The notes beneath the pieces were generated by a model. That model was given only the letters and a program-made list of their open reading frames with translations. It was not told the DNA's origin and searched no databases. The translations under genes and the position numbers were made by a program. Below, in pieces: positions 8,915 to 18,235 of a stretch of 64,000 nucleotides of DNA (position 1 is its first letter; each line of letters begins with the position of its first letter). Origin of the DNA: Acidimicrobiia bacterium (GTDB taxonomy: Bacteria; Actinomycetota; Acidimicrobiia; IMCC26256; JACPCJ01); contig DATDOY010000106.1 in NCBI GenBank assembly GCA_035293045.1, positions 562 through 64,561 of the forward strand, given 5' to 3'.

Positions 8915-10017
8915 TGGCCGGCACAAGCGGCAACGGGATCGACCTCGGCGGCATCGACCACGTCGAGTTCTGGGTCGGCAATGCGCGTCAAGCCGCCCAG
9001 TTCTGGGCCTCGGCCTTCGGCTTCGACGTGATCGCCCACGCCGGCCCCGAGACCGGCGTGCGCGACCGGGTCTCCTACGTCCTTGCCCAGGGTGACATCC
9101 GATTCGTTCTGACCGGCGCCGTCGATCCGGCCTCCGCCGTGGCGACCCATCACGCGAACCACGGCGACGGCGTGCGCGACATCGCCTTTCTCGTCAGCGA
9201 CGTGCGTCGCGCGTACGACGCCGCCGTCGAGCGTGGCGCGCCGAGCGTGCGCGAGCCGTGGGTGACAGAGGACGACACCGGGAAGCTCACGCGCGCCACC
9301 GTCGCGACCTACGGCGACACCGTTCACACCTTTGTCGACCGCGCTGCGTACTCGGGCGCGTTCGCGCCGGGATTCGAGACGGTCGCCTTCCCGCGAACCG
9401 CCGGCCTCGCGGTCGGGCTGCGGGCGTTCGACCACGTCGTCGCCAACGTCCCGCTCGGCCACCTCGAGGAGTGGGTCGGGTACTACCGCGACGTGTTCGG
9501 CTTCGATCAGCTCGTCCACTTCGACGACGAGCAGATCCACACCGAGTACTCGGCGCTGATGTCGACGGTGGTGTGGGACGGCAGCAAGGTCGTGCTTCCG
9601 ATCAACGAGCCGGCGGCCGGCAAGCGCAAGAGCCAGATCGAGGAGTACCTCGACTACTACGGCACGCCCGGCGTGCAGCACATCGCCCTGCGGACTGACG
9701 ACATCGTCAGCGCCGTCCGCGCGATGCGCGCCCGCGGGTTGCGGTTCCTCGAGGTGCCCGGCGCCTACTACGACGACGCGCACGAGCGCCTCGAAGGCGT
9801 CGAGCTGCCCTGGGAGAGCATCGCCACCCTCGGGATCCTCGTCGACCGCGACCCCGACGGGCACCTCCTCCAGATCTTCACCGAGATGATCGGTGATCGC
9901 CCGACGGTCTTCGTCGAGGTCATCCAGCGGGAGGGCTCACGCGGGTTCGGCCTGGGCAACTTCAAGGCCCTCTTCGAGGCCATCGAGCGCGAGCAGGCCC
10001 GCCGCGGCAATCTGTAG
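8914..10017 (+). CDS. hppD: 4-hydroxyphenylpyruvate dioxygenase
   Basis: IDHVEFWVGNARQAAQFW..., FDHVVANVP and GVQHIALRTDDI...FLEV...LLQIFT...FVEVIQR...GFGLGNFKALFEAIE are classical HPPD motifs. ATG 8914 overlaps the phhA stop (TGATG). Confidence 0.9.
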   Translation: MAGTSGNGIDLGGIDHVEFWVGNARQAAQFWASAFGFDVIAHAGPETGVRDRVSYVLAQGDIRFVLTGAVDPASAVATHHANHGDGVRDIAFLVSDVRRAYDAAVERGAPSVREPWVTEDDTGKLTRATVATYGDTVHTFVDRAAYSGAFAPGFETVAFPRTAGLAVGLRAFDHVVANVPLGHLEEWVGYYRDVFGFDQLVHFDDEQIHTEYSALMSTVVWDGSKVVLPINEPAAGKRKSQIEEYLDYYGTPGVQHIALRTDDIVSAVRAMRARGLRFLEVPGAYYDDAHERLEGVELPWESIATLGILVDRDPDGHLLQIFTEMIGDRPTVFVEVIQREGSRGFGLGNFKALFEAIEREQARRGNL

Positions 10018-10020
10018 CTC

Positions 10021-11169
10021 ATGAGCGACCCGAGCAGCGGTCACCTGCGACCGCAATGGATTCGCGGCACCACGTCGCGCCAGGCCCACGCCGACCTGCC
10101 GCCGGGCACCGTCGAGGAGGAACACGGCCGCGAGGGTTTCTCGGGGCCGGCCAGCCACCTCTACCGGCTGCATCCGCCGACGGGGTGGACGAGCATCGAC
10201 GGACCGCTTCGCCCGCACGCCCTCGACGCCAACCGGCTTCCCGAGGTCCTCACCACGGGAGAGGGCACCGGGTTGGCGACGACGCTCCTCGAAAACGCCG
10301 ACCTTGCGATCGGGTACTGGTCGCCGCCGCCGGGAACCGCCGACTGGTTCTTCCGCAACGCCGACGGCGACCTCCTCTATCTCGTGCACCACGGCGAGGG
10401 GCGGCTCGAGACCGAGTACGGTCCGCTGGCCTACGGAGCGAGCGACTACCTGCTCGTCCCGCGCGGCACCACGCACCGCTTCGCCGCCACGGCGGCGACG
10501 CACCTCCTCGTGATCGAGGCGACCGGGGGCCGACTCGAACTCCCCGACCGCGGCCTCATGGGTCGCCATGCCCTCTTCGACCCGGCGATCCTCGAGGTCC
10601 CCGAGCCCGAGCCTCGCGACGAGTCCGGCGAGTTCCCGATCAAGGTGAAGCGCGAGGGGCAGATCACGACGGTCACCTACGAAACGCATCCGTTCGACGT
10701 GGTGGGATGGAAGGGGGATCTCGCCCCGCTGCGGCTCTCGGTGCACGACTTCCGACCCGTTTCGTCGGCCCGCTACCACCTGCCGCCGTCGGCCCACACG
10801 ACCTTCGTCGGGTCGGAGTTCGTGGTGGCGACCTTCGCCCCCCGGCCGCTCGAGTCCGATCCCGACGTGCTGCGATTGCCCTTCTACCACCGCAACATCG
10901 ACTACGACGAGGTGATCTTCTACCACCGGGGCGAGTTCTTCAGCCGCGCCGGCATCACCGAGGGGATGCTCACGTTCCACCCGACCGGCATCCACCACGG
11001 CCCACAGCCCAAGGCGGTGGAGCGGAGCGAGCAACGCGGCCCGGGCGGCTTCGCCGACGAGATCGCCGTCAACATCGACGCCCGCCGACCGCTCCATCTC
11101 ACACCCGCGGGCGAGGCGATCAGCGTCGACGGCTACGACCGCTCCTGGCAGCCCGCCGTCCCTGACTGA
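10021..11169 (+). CDS. hmgA: Homogentisate 1,2-dioxygenase (short actinobacterial form)
   Basis: EEEHGREGFSGPASHLYRLHPPTGW and FYHRNIDYDEVIFYHRGEFFSR...TFHPTGIHHGPQP (cupin His ligands). The gene sits between hppD and the FAH gene. Confidence 0.8.
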   Translation: MSDPSSGHLRPQWIRGTTSRQAHADLPPGTVEEEHGREGFSGPASHLYRLHPPTGWTSIDGPLRPHALDANRLPEVLTTGEGTGLATTLLENADLAIGYWSPPPGTADWFFRNADGDLLYLVHHGEGRLETEYGPLAYGASDYLLVPRGTTHRFAATAATHLLVIEATGGRLELPDRGLMGRHALFDPAILEVPEPEPRDESGEFPIKVKREGQITTVTYETHPFDVVGWKGDLAPLRLSVHDFRPVSSARYHLPPSAHTTFVGSEFVVATFAPRPLESDPDVLRLPFYHRNIDYDEVIFYHRGEFFSRAGITEGMLTFHPTGIHHGPQPKAVERSEQRGPGGFADEIAVNIDARRPLHLTPAGEAISVDGYDRSWQPAVPD

Positions 11170-11175
11170 TCGCCG

Positions 11176-12066
11176 ATGCGTTGGGTCACCTACCAGTCGA
11201 GCACGGGCGTCGCGCGCGCCGGCGCGGTCGTCGACGACGTCGTCCACGGACTCGACGCGACGTTGGTCGAGATCCTCGACGAGCTGGACGACGCAGGTGC
11301 GCACGCGACGACCTCGCCGGTCGAGCGCGTGCCCTACGCCGAGGCCCGCCTGCTCTCGCCGATCCCGCACCCGCCGTCGATCCGCGACTTCTATGCCTTC
11401 GAGCAGCACGTGAAGACCGCCCGCGAGCGTCGGGGTCTCGACATGGATCCCGATTGGTACGAGCTACCGGTCTTCTACTTCACCAACCCTCACGTCGTGC
11501 GCGCGACGGGCGACGACGTTGCGATCCCGTCCGGGTGCGTGTGGATGGATTACGAACTCGAGGTCGCCGCCGTGCTCGGCCAGGGTGGCGAGAACCTCAC
11601 CCCCGATGAAGGGGAGGCCGCCATCGCGGGGTTCGTGGTGATGAACGACTGGAGCGCGCGCGACATCCAAGCACGAGAAATGAAACAGGGCCTCGGCCCC
11701 GCCAAGGGGAAGGACTTCGCCACTTCCCTCGGGCCGTTCCTCGTGACGCCCGACGAAATCGCCGGCCGCAAACGAGGGAAGGCGCACGACCTCACGATGA
11801 CGGCACGCGTCAACGGCGTCGAATACTCGCGGGGGAACCTGAGCGACGTGTTCTGGAGCTTCGGGGAGATGATCGCCTACGCATCCCGCGACTCGCGGGT
11901 CGTGCCGGGTGACGTGATCGGTTCGGGGACGGTCGGCACCGGGTGCATCCTCGAACTCTCGCTCGTCCACGGTGGCGACGCCTACCCCTGGCTCAAGCCG
12001 GGCGACGTGGTCGACCTCGAAGTCGACGGGCTCGGAGTCCTCACGAACACCATCGTCGGCCCGTGA
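11176..12066 (+). CDS. Fumarylacetoacetate hydrolase family protein (short FAH/YcgM-like type)
   Basis: VMNDWSARDIQAREMKQGLGPAKGKDFATSLGPFLVTPDE and GDVIGSGTVGTGC are typical FAH-fold motifs. It is the last gene of the homogentisate cluster. Confidence 0.85.
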   Translation: MRWVTYQSSTGVARAGAVVDDVVHGLDATLVEILDELDDAGAHATTSPVERVPYAEARLLSPIPHPPSIRDFYAFEQHVKTARERRGLDMDPDWYELPVFYFTNPHVVRATGDDVAIPSGCVWMDYELEVAAVLGQGGENLTPDEGEAAIAGFVVMNDWSARDIQAREMKQGLGPAKGKDFATSLGPFLVTPDEIAGRKRGKAHDLTMTARVNGVEYSRGNLSDVFWSFGEMIAYASRDSRVVPGDVIGSGTVGTGCILELSLVHGGDAYPWLKPGDVVDLEVDGLGVLTNTIVGP

Positions 12067-12076
12067 CCACCACCCG

Positions 12077-13168
12077 ATGAATCCAAACTTCGGGGTCTAC
12101 GTCCACGTCCCGTTTTGCGAGGCGCGATGCGATTACTGCGCGTTCGCCACGTGGACGGACCGCGCCCATCTCGTCGTTCCGTACGTCGAGGCGTGCGTCA
12201 CCGACGTCGAGCGCCGGTTCGCGGCCGACGCGCACCCTCCCGCGACATCGGTGTTCTTCGGCGGCGGGACGCCGTCGCTCGTGGACGCCGACGTCCTGAT
12301 GAGGGTGCTCGACGCCATCCCTCGCACCGAGGGTGCCGAAGTCACCGTGGAGTGCAACCCCGATTCCATCGACCCGGCCAAGCTCGCCGCGTACCGACGG
12401 CACGGGGTCACGCGGGTCTCGCTTGGTGTCCAATCGATGGAAGCGCACGTTCTCGCCAGCCTTGGGCGCACCCATGACCCCGACAATGTGCGGCGCGCCG
12501 TCGACGCCGTGCGCGCCGCCGGGTTCACGTCCTTCAACCTCGACCTCATCTACGGGGCGGCGGGGGAGTCGATGGACGACTGGCGGCGCACGCTCGACGC
12601 CGCGCTGGCGCTCGACCCTCCGCATATCTCCGCCTATGCCCTGACGATCGAGGCCGGCACGCCCCTGGATCAGCGCATCCGCGCCGGTGAGACGCCGCCA
12701 CCTCTCGACGACGACCAGGCCGCGAAGTACCTCGTCGCCGACGCGGCGTTCTCCCGCGCGGATCTCGGCTGGTACGAAGTGTCGAACTGGGCCCGCCCGG
12801 GCCACGAGTGCCGGCACAACCTTCTGTATTGGCGCGGCGGGTTGTATCTCGGGGTCGGCGCGGCCGCCCACGGGCACACGGCGGGGCGCCGGTGGTGGAA
12901 CGTCCGCACGCCGGAGCGATACGTCGCCGCCGTGCGCGAGGGTGCCTCGCCCGAAGCCGGTCGGGAGCTCCTCGACGGCGCGGCGAAGGCCGAAGAGTCG
13001 CTCATGCTGGGCGTTCGCACCCGCGATGGAGTGGAGCCGCCGCACCAAGCTTCGGCGGCGCGCCTCGTCGACGAGGGACTCCTCGAGCGGCGGGGCGCTC
13101 AGGTCGTGCTCACGCGCCGGGGACGCCTGCTCGCTTCGAGCGTCACGCTGCGCCTGTTGACCCCATAA
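12077..13168 (+). CDS. hemW: Radical SAM heme chaperone HemW (HemN-like)
   Basis: FGVYVHVPFCEARCDYCAF (CxxxCxxC radical-SAM cluster) and GGGTPS. It occupies the conserved position upstream of hrcA-dnaJ. I trimmed the start to ATG 12077. Confidence 0.88.
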   Translation: MNPNFGVYVHVPFCEARCDYCAFATWTDRAHLVVPYVEACVTDVERRFAADAHPPATSVFFGGGTPSLVDADVLMRVLDAIPRTEGAEVTVECNPDSIDPAKLAAYRRHGVTRVSLGVQSMEAHVLASLGRTHDPDNVRRAVDAVRAAGFTSFNLDLIYGAAGESMDDWRRTLDAALALDPPHISAYALTIEAGTPLDQRIRAGETPPPLDDDQAAKYLVADAAFSRADLGWYEVSNWARPGHECRHNLLYWRGGLYLGVGAAAHGHTAGRRWWNVRTPERYVAAVREGASPEAGRELLDGAAKAEESLMLGVRTRDGVEPPHQASAARLVDEGLLERRGAQVVLTRRGRLLASSVTLRLLTP

Positions 13169-13217
13169 CGACCGCCCCGCACCGCCACGCACGGCCACGC
13201 ACGGCGGGGTTTCGGAA

Positions 13218-13244
13218 CTAGCACTCGCTACTATCGAGTGCTAA
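13218..13244. promoter_or_regulatory. CIRCE operator (HrcA binding site)
   Basis: CTAGCACTC-GCTACTATC-GAGTGCTAA matches the consensus TTAGCACTC-N9-GAGTGCTAA at 17 of 18 positions. It ends 3 nt before the hrcA ATG. Confidence 0.9.
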
Positions 13245-13247
13245 CGC

Positions 13248-14297
13248 ATGAACGAGCGCACTCAACCCTCGGGACCGGACGCGGACCTCGACGCCCGCAA
13301 AGAGCAGGTCCTGCGCGCCGTCGTGGAGGAGTTCATCGCTTCCGCGGAGCCCGTTGGCTCACAGAAAGTCGCCGGCTCGCGCGACCTCGGGGTGTCGAGC
13401 GCCACGGTGCGCAACGCGATGGCGGCGCTCGAACGCGACGGGTTCCTGACTCAGCCGCACACGTCGGCCGGACGCATTCCGACCGACAAGGGGTACCGCT
13501 ACTTCGTCGACCACCTCACGCGGGTAGAGGCCCTCGGCCCGCCCCACGCCGACACCGTCTCCCGGTTCTTCGCTGGCGCCGAGGCCGCGCTCGACGAGAT
13601 CCTGCACGAGACGAGCCAGATCCTTTCGCGGATCACCGACCATGCCGCCCTCGTCGTCGGACCCGCCGCCGCCAGCGCCACGGTCATGAGCCTCCAACTC
13701 GTGCCGTTGCATGCGGACGTGGTCCTCGCGGTCGCCGTCCTGTCCAACGGCGTCGTCGAAAAGGGCGTCGTCAAGCTGGCCAGCGGCGTGGGCGAAGAGG
13801 TGGTGCGGCGCGCATCGGCGGCGCTCGCCGACGCCGCCATCGGCTCGCCGCTCGGCGACATCACGACGCCGCCCGCAACCGACGACGACGACGCCGACGA
13901 CCTTGCCGCCCGTGCCGCCGAGGCCCTTCGCTCGCTCGTCATCGAGCACGCGAGCGAGCCCGTGTTCGTCGGGGGCGCTTCGCACCTCGCCGCCGAGGCG
14001 CAGGACTTCTCCGCCGTCGACACGGCGGCGCGACTGCTCGAGCTGCTCGAACAGCAGTTCCTCGTGGTGAGCCTCGCCCGCAACCTCCTCGATCGCGGGA
14101 CGACCGTTCGCATCGGAGCGGAGAACGAGCAGGTCGAGCTGCGCGAGTGTTCCGTCGTCCTCGCCCCCGTCCAGATGGGTCAGGGGGTCGCGGGGACGGT
14201 GGGGATCCTCGGCCCCACGCGCATGGACTACCGCAGGGCGATCGCGGCGGTGGCCACGGTGTCCGAAAGCCTCGCCCGCCACCTGGATCCGTCGTAG
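13248..14297 (+). CDS. hrcA: Heat-inducible transcription repressor HrcA
   Basis: N-terminus LDARKEQVLRAVVEEFIASAEPVGSQKVA...VSSATVRNAMAALERDGFLTQPHTSAGRIPTDKGYRYFVD is canonical HrcA. CIRCE lies upstream and dnaJ downstream. Confidence 0.93.
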   Translation: MNERTQPSGPDADLDARKEQVLRAVVEEFIASAEPVGSQKVAGSRDLGVSSATVRNAMAALERDGFLTQPHTSAGRIPTDKGYRYFVDHLTRVEALGPPHADTVSRFFAGAEAALDEILHETSQILSRITDHAALVVGPAAASATVMSLQLVPLHADVVLAVAVLSNGVVEKGVVKLASGVGEEVVRRASAALADAAIGSPLGDITTPPATDDDDADDLAARAAEALRSLVIEHASEPVFVGGASHLAAEAQDFSAVDTAARLLELLEQQFLVVSLARNLLDRGTTVRIGAENEQVELRECSVVLAPVQMGQGVAGTVGILGPTRMDYRRAIAAVATVSESLARHLDPS

Positions 14298-14309
14298 GAC
14301 GGCCTGGCG

Positions 14310-15437
14310 ATGGCGGATTTCTACGAGCTCCTCGGTATCTCCCGAGACGCGTCCCCGGAGCAGATCAAGAAGGCCTTCCGCGCGCTCGCCCGGCAGTATC
14401 ACCCCGACGTCGCCATGGACGACCCCGACGCGGAATCGCGGTTCAAAGAGATCGCCCGCGCTTATGAGGTGCTCAGCGATCCGGAGAAGCGGGCGCGCTA
14501 CGACGCCTACGGCGAGGAGGGTCTCGGCGGGAACCCCTTCGCCGGTGTGGGCCTCAGCGACCTCTTCGACGCGTTCTTTGGTGGCGCTGGTTTCGGCGGC
14601 GGGTTCGGCGCGCGCGGACCGAGCGGCCCAGCTCGCGGCCCCGACGCCGAAGTGCGCATCGATCTTGATCTTCGCGACGCCATGTTCGGCCTGTCGAAGA
14701 CGATCGAGGTTCGCTTGCCGGTGGAGTGCGAGACGTGCGAGGCCAGCGGGTGCCGACCCGGTACCTACCCCACCACCTGCGAAACCTGCGGCGGAGCCGG
14801 CGAAGTGCGCGAGCTGCGCCGATCGATCCTCGGCCAGATCGTGTCGGCGCGGGCCTGTCCGGCGTGTCGCGGCCAAGGACGCATCGTGGCCAACCCCTGC
14901 GCCGACTGCGGGGGCGAAGGTCGGGTCACGCGGTTGAAGCAACTCGAAGTCGACGTGCCGGCCGGCATCGACAACGGTCAGCGGCTCCGCCTCGCCGGAC
15001 GCGGCCCCGCCGCCGTGCGGGGCGGCCTTCCGGGGGATCTATACGTGAGCGTCGGCGTGAAGCCGCACCCCGACTTCGAGCGCGTCGGCGACGACCTCGT
15101 CCGGCGGGTCGCCCTTCCGATGACCCAAGCGGTGCTCGGCGCCCGTCTCCATCTCGATCTCCTCGACACCGACGAGGGAAAACCCGAGGAGCTCGTCGTT
15201 CCCCCGGGGACCCAGCCCGCGACCGTCTTCCGGCTGCGGGGGCGAGGCGTGCCCCACCTTCGGGGCAACGGCCGGGGCGACGTGCTGTTGACGATCGAGG
15301 TCGAGATCCCCGACGCCCTCGGCGACGACGAGGATGAACTGGTTCGCAGGCTTGCGGAGATCCGGGGTGAGGAGGTCGCCCCGCGGGATCGCTCGTTGAT
15401 GGGCAAGCTTCGGGCCAAGGTGAGGGGTTTGGAGTAG
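14310..15437 (+). CDS. dnaJ: Molecular chaperone DnaJ
   Basis: J-domain (DFYELLGISRDASPEQIKKAFRALARQYHPD), a G/F-rich region, and four CxxCxGxG zinc motifs (CETCEASG, CETCGGAG, CPACRGQG, CADCGGEG). Confidence 0.95.
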   Translation: MADFYELLGISRDASPEQIKKAFRALARQYHPDVAMDDPDAESRFKEIARAYEVLSDPEKRARYDAYGEEGLGGNPFAGVGLSDLFDAFFGGAGFGGGFGARGPSGPARGPDAEVRIDLDLRDAMFGLSKTIEVRLPVECETCEASGCRPGTYPTTCETCGGAGEVRELRRSILGQIVSARACPACRGQGRIVANPCADCGGEGRVTRLKQLEVDVPAGIDNGQRLRLAGRGPAAVRGGLPGDLYVSVGVKPHPDFERVGDDLVRRVALPMTQAVLGARLHLDLLDTDEGKPEELVVPPGTQPATVFRLRGRGVPHLRGNGRGDVLLTIEVEIPDALGDDEDELVRRLAEIRGEEVAPRDRSLMGKLRAKVRGLE

Positions 15438-15635
15438 CAACGGGCGACTTGCGGCTATTGGGCAAATCGAGCGAGGTTCCAGCCGCGCCCCGGCCCGCCT
15501 GAGCACACCCAGCGCGGCGGCAGGACATCAATGCGCGCGTGTCGAACATTTCTGCGCTCGGACCAACCGCGCTCCGCGCGAACGTGGTACCTTAGCGATG
15601 CACTGCGGGGTGCATCCCGCGCCGGATGACCATCG

Positions 15636-16181
15636 GTGCCGGCGCTGGTGAAGGGGAAACGAGGCGAGGGCGAGATGGAAGACGAATTCGTCGACGAAGC
15701 TATTTCCGACGGCATTGGTGAGCGCCTGCGGGCGATCCGGCGCCAGAAGCGGCTGTCGCTCCAAGAAGTCGAAGCACTGTCGCGCAAGGAGTTCAAGGCG
15801 TCGGTGCTCGGTGCCTACGAGCGCGGCGAGCGAGCCATCTCCGTGCCGCGGCTTATGCGCCTCGCCGGCGTCTACGGCGTGCCCGCGGAGCAGCTCTTGC
15901 CGCGGGACGACTCCATCGACCTCACCGATGCGCGGGCGATCGATCTCACCGGCGGCTTCAGCGTCGATCTCGTCCGCCTCCAAGGGCTCAACACGCCCGA
16001 GGCGCAGATCCTTCGCCGATACACCGAGCGCGTGCAGATCTACCGGCAGGACTTCAACGGCCGGATCCTCACGATCCGCAGCGACGACGTTCGGGTCATG
16101 GCCTGGGCACTCGGGCTCACCCCCGAAGAGCTCGGCGTCCGGCTCGAGGAGATGGGCATCCGGGCGGGCATCACCGTCTAG
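15636..16181 (+). CDS. XRE-family helix-turn-helix protein with an uncharacterised ~100-aa C-terminal domain
   Basis: IGERLRAIRRQKRLSLQEVEALSRKEFKASVLGAYERGERAISVPRLMRLAGVYGVPAEQLL is a clear HTH_XRE. ATG 15675 (MEDEFVDE) is an alternative start. I do not recognise the C-terminal part. Confidence 0.75.
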   Translation: MPALVKGKRGEGEMEDEFVDEAISDGIGERLRAIRRQKRLSLQEVEALSRKEFKASVLGAYERGERAISVPRLMRLAGVYGVPAEQLLPRDDSIDLTDARAIDLTGGFSVDLVRLQGLNTPEAQILRRYTERVQIYRQDFNGRILTIRSDDVRVMAWALGLTPEELGVRLEEMGIRAGITV

Positions 16182-16206
16182 AGGATGCGCCGATTGGCGC
16201 ATCCTC
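16181..16206 (+). terminator. Perfect 11-bp stem hairpin directly after the HTH gene stop
   Basis: GAGGATGCGCC-GATT-GGCGCATCCTC. The stem begins at the stop codon TAG (16179-16181). There is no clear T-tract (TGGAAAG follows). Confidence 0.55.
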
Positions 16207-16306
16207 TGGAAAGCCGAGGGACTTTCAGCCGAACAAGGGTCCCTGTTCGTGCAGCCTTGAGGCCGGCCCCGAGCGCCCGTCGGGAAACCCGGCGTAGCCT
16301 CATTCT

Positions 16307-16651
16307 GTGACCGACTGCCTGTTCTGCAAGATCGTCGCGGGAGAGATCCCTTCCGAGCCGGTGGCCGACGACGAGCTGACGTACGCCTTTCGCGACATCA
16401 ACCCCGCGGCGCCGGTGCATGTGCTCGTCGTCCCCAAGGAGCACATCGAGCACCTCGGGCACGTGGCCCCCGAGCACGCACCGATGCTTGCCGCCCTCAT
16501 CGCAACGGTCCAGCGAGTGACCGACGCGCTCGGCATCGCAGACGACGGGTATCGCGTGGTCGCCAACGTCGGTCGCCACGGAGGCATGACGGTCGACCAC
16601 CTGCATCTCCACGTCCTCGGCGGCCGGCCCCTCCGCTGGCCCCCCGAATGA
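16307..16651 (+). CDS. HIT (histidine triad) family protein
   Basis: CLFCKIVAGEIPSE N-terminus and the HLHLHVLGG histidine triad. GTG start. Confidence 0.9.
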   Translation: MTDCLFCKIVAGEIPSEPVADDELTYAFRDINPAAPVHVLVVPKEHIEHLGHVAPEHAPMLAALIATVQRVTDALGIADDGYRVVANVGRHGGMTVDHLHLHVLGGRPLRWPPE

Positions 16652-16697
16652 CGGGCCGAATGAGCGCCTTGCGCGCAGGGGTATCCTGAGTCCAGCT

Positions 16698-17714
16698 TTG
16701 GATCCGTCACCCGTTCCCATTCCAGATCCGTCCGCGGCCCATCCTCCGGTGAGGGTGTTCGTGCCGGGAAACCACCTCATGCTCGGTCTGCTCGGCCAGC
16801 GCGACGAGTTCCTGCGCGTGATCGAGTCCGGTTTCCCGGTCGAGATCCACGTCCGCGGCAACGAGATCACGATCGACGGCGAGCCCGAGCACACCGAACG
16901 CGTGGCGCACCTCTTCGAGGAACTCGTGGAGTTGCTCGAGCGTGGGCACCGGCTCGATCGCGAAAGCGTCACCCGGATGATCGACATGGCCAAGGCCGAC
17001 GTCCGTCCCACCGAAGTCGTCGGCACGACCGTGTTCGAGAGTCGGGGCAAGACCGTCCGTCCGAAGACCGAGGGCCAGAAGCGGTACGTGGATGCCATGG
17101 CCGCGCACACCATCACCTTCGCCATCGGTCCCGCCGGCTCGGGCAAGACCTACCTCGCGATGGCGCAGGCCATCCAGGACCTCCAGGCGGGGACGGTGCG
17201 GCGCATCATCCTCACGCGCCCGGCCGTCGAGGCGGGGGAGCGGCTCGGGTTTCTCCCCGGCGACATGATCGCCAAGGTCGACCCGTACCTCCGGCCGCTC
17301 TATGACGCGCTGTACGACATGCTCGATCCGGAGACGACCCAGCGGTTGATCGACCGCGGCACCATCGAGGTCGCTCCGCTCGCATACATGCGCGGGCGCA
17401 CGCTCAACGATTCGTTCATCATCCTCGACGAGGCCCAGAACACGACGCCGGAGCAGATGAAAATGTTCCTCACCCGCCTTGGGTTCGGGTCGCGCGCCGT
17501 GGTCACCGGCGACGTGACCCAGGTCGACCTCCCGACCGAGCGGGGACGGTCGGGGCTGCTCGCGGTGCGCGACGTCCTCGACGGCGTCGAAGACCTCATG
17601 TTCGTCGAGCTGACCGGCCGTGACGTCGTGCGCCACAAGATCGTGCAGGACATCGTCGACGCGTACGAGCGCCACGACCAGGGCGGCCAGTCGCAACCCC
17701 GGGGAACCGCGTGA
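16698..17714 (+). CDS. phoH: PhoH family ATPase
   Basis: Walker A AIGPAGSGKTYLAMA, FIILDEAQNTT, and VVTGDVTQVDLP. It occupies the conserved phoH-ybeY-corC-era order. The TTG start is uncertain. Confidence 0.9.
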   Translation: MDPSPVPIPDPSAAHPPVRVFVPGNHLMLGLLGQRDEFLRVIESGFPVEIHVRGNEITIDGEPEHTERVAHLFEELVELLERGHRLDRESVTRMIDMAKADVRPTEVVGTTVFESRGKTVRPKTEGQKRYVDAMAAHTITFAIGPAGSGKTYLAMAQAIQDLQAGTVRRIILTRPAVEAGERLGFLPGDMIAKVDPYLRPLYDALYDMLDPETTQRLIDRGTIEVAPLAYMRGRTLNDSFIILDEAQNTTPEQMKMFLTRLGFGSRAVVTGDVTQVDLPTERGRSGLLAVRDVLDGVEDLMFVELTGRDVVRHKIVQDIVDAYERHDQGGQSQPRGTA

Positions 17715-18235
17715 GCGAACGCGACGTGTTCGTCGCCGACGAGCAGGCGGTCGTGGCGCTCGAGCCGGCGCGCTACGCCGCCCTCGCCGCGCACGTGCTC
17801 GACGCCGAACGCGTCCGCCCCGAAGCGGAGATGTCGCTCATGTTCGTCGACGAGGAGACGATCGCCGACCTCCACCTCCGCTTCCTCGGCCTCGAAGGTC
17901 CCACCGACGTCCTCGCGTTTCCCATGGACGAGGAGCTCGTGGAGAGCGGTCGCCAGCCCGACCAGGGTGGGCGCGGCCCCGGCGCTCCGCCCGAGCCAAC
18001 CGACGCCCCCGTGCTCGTCGGCGACGTCGTGATCTGCCCGAGCGTGGCGCAGCGCCAGGCCGAGGAACACGGCCACGCGCTCGAAGCCGAGATCGAGCTC
18101 CTCGTCGCCCACGGCGTCCTCCATCTTCTCGACTACGACCACGAGGACGACGAGGACGCCGAGACGATGCGGCGACGTGAGCGCGAGGTGCTCGCGTCCT
18201 TCCGCGAGGTTTCGGCCCGGTCCGAGCGGGACTGA
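17711..18235 (+). CDS. ybeY: rRNA maturation endoribonuclease YbeY
   Basis: Zinc motif HGVLHLLDYDH. The start overlaps the phoH stop. Confidence 0.9.
   Translation: MSERDVFVADEQAVVALEPARYAALAAHVLDAERVRPEAEMSLMFVDEETIADLHLRFLGLEGPTDVLAFPMDEELVESGRQPDQGGRGPGAPPEPTDAPVLVGDVVICPSVAQRQAEEHGHALEAEIELLVAHGVLHLLDYDHEDDEDAETMRRREREVLASFREVSARSERD

Noticed and set aside
9937-11409. 490-aa minus ORF, and the alternative + frame 10056..11165
   Set aside because: They overlap hmgA and the FAH gene, which carry the family motifs. The alternative frames are Arg/Pro/Gly-rich.
13359-14942. 527-aa minus ORF
   Set aside because: It is antisense to hrcA and dnaJ, both unambiguous and preceded by a CIRCE operator in the + orientation.
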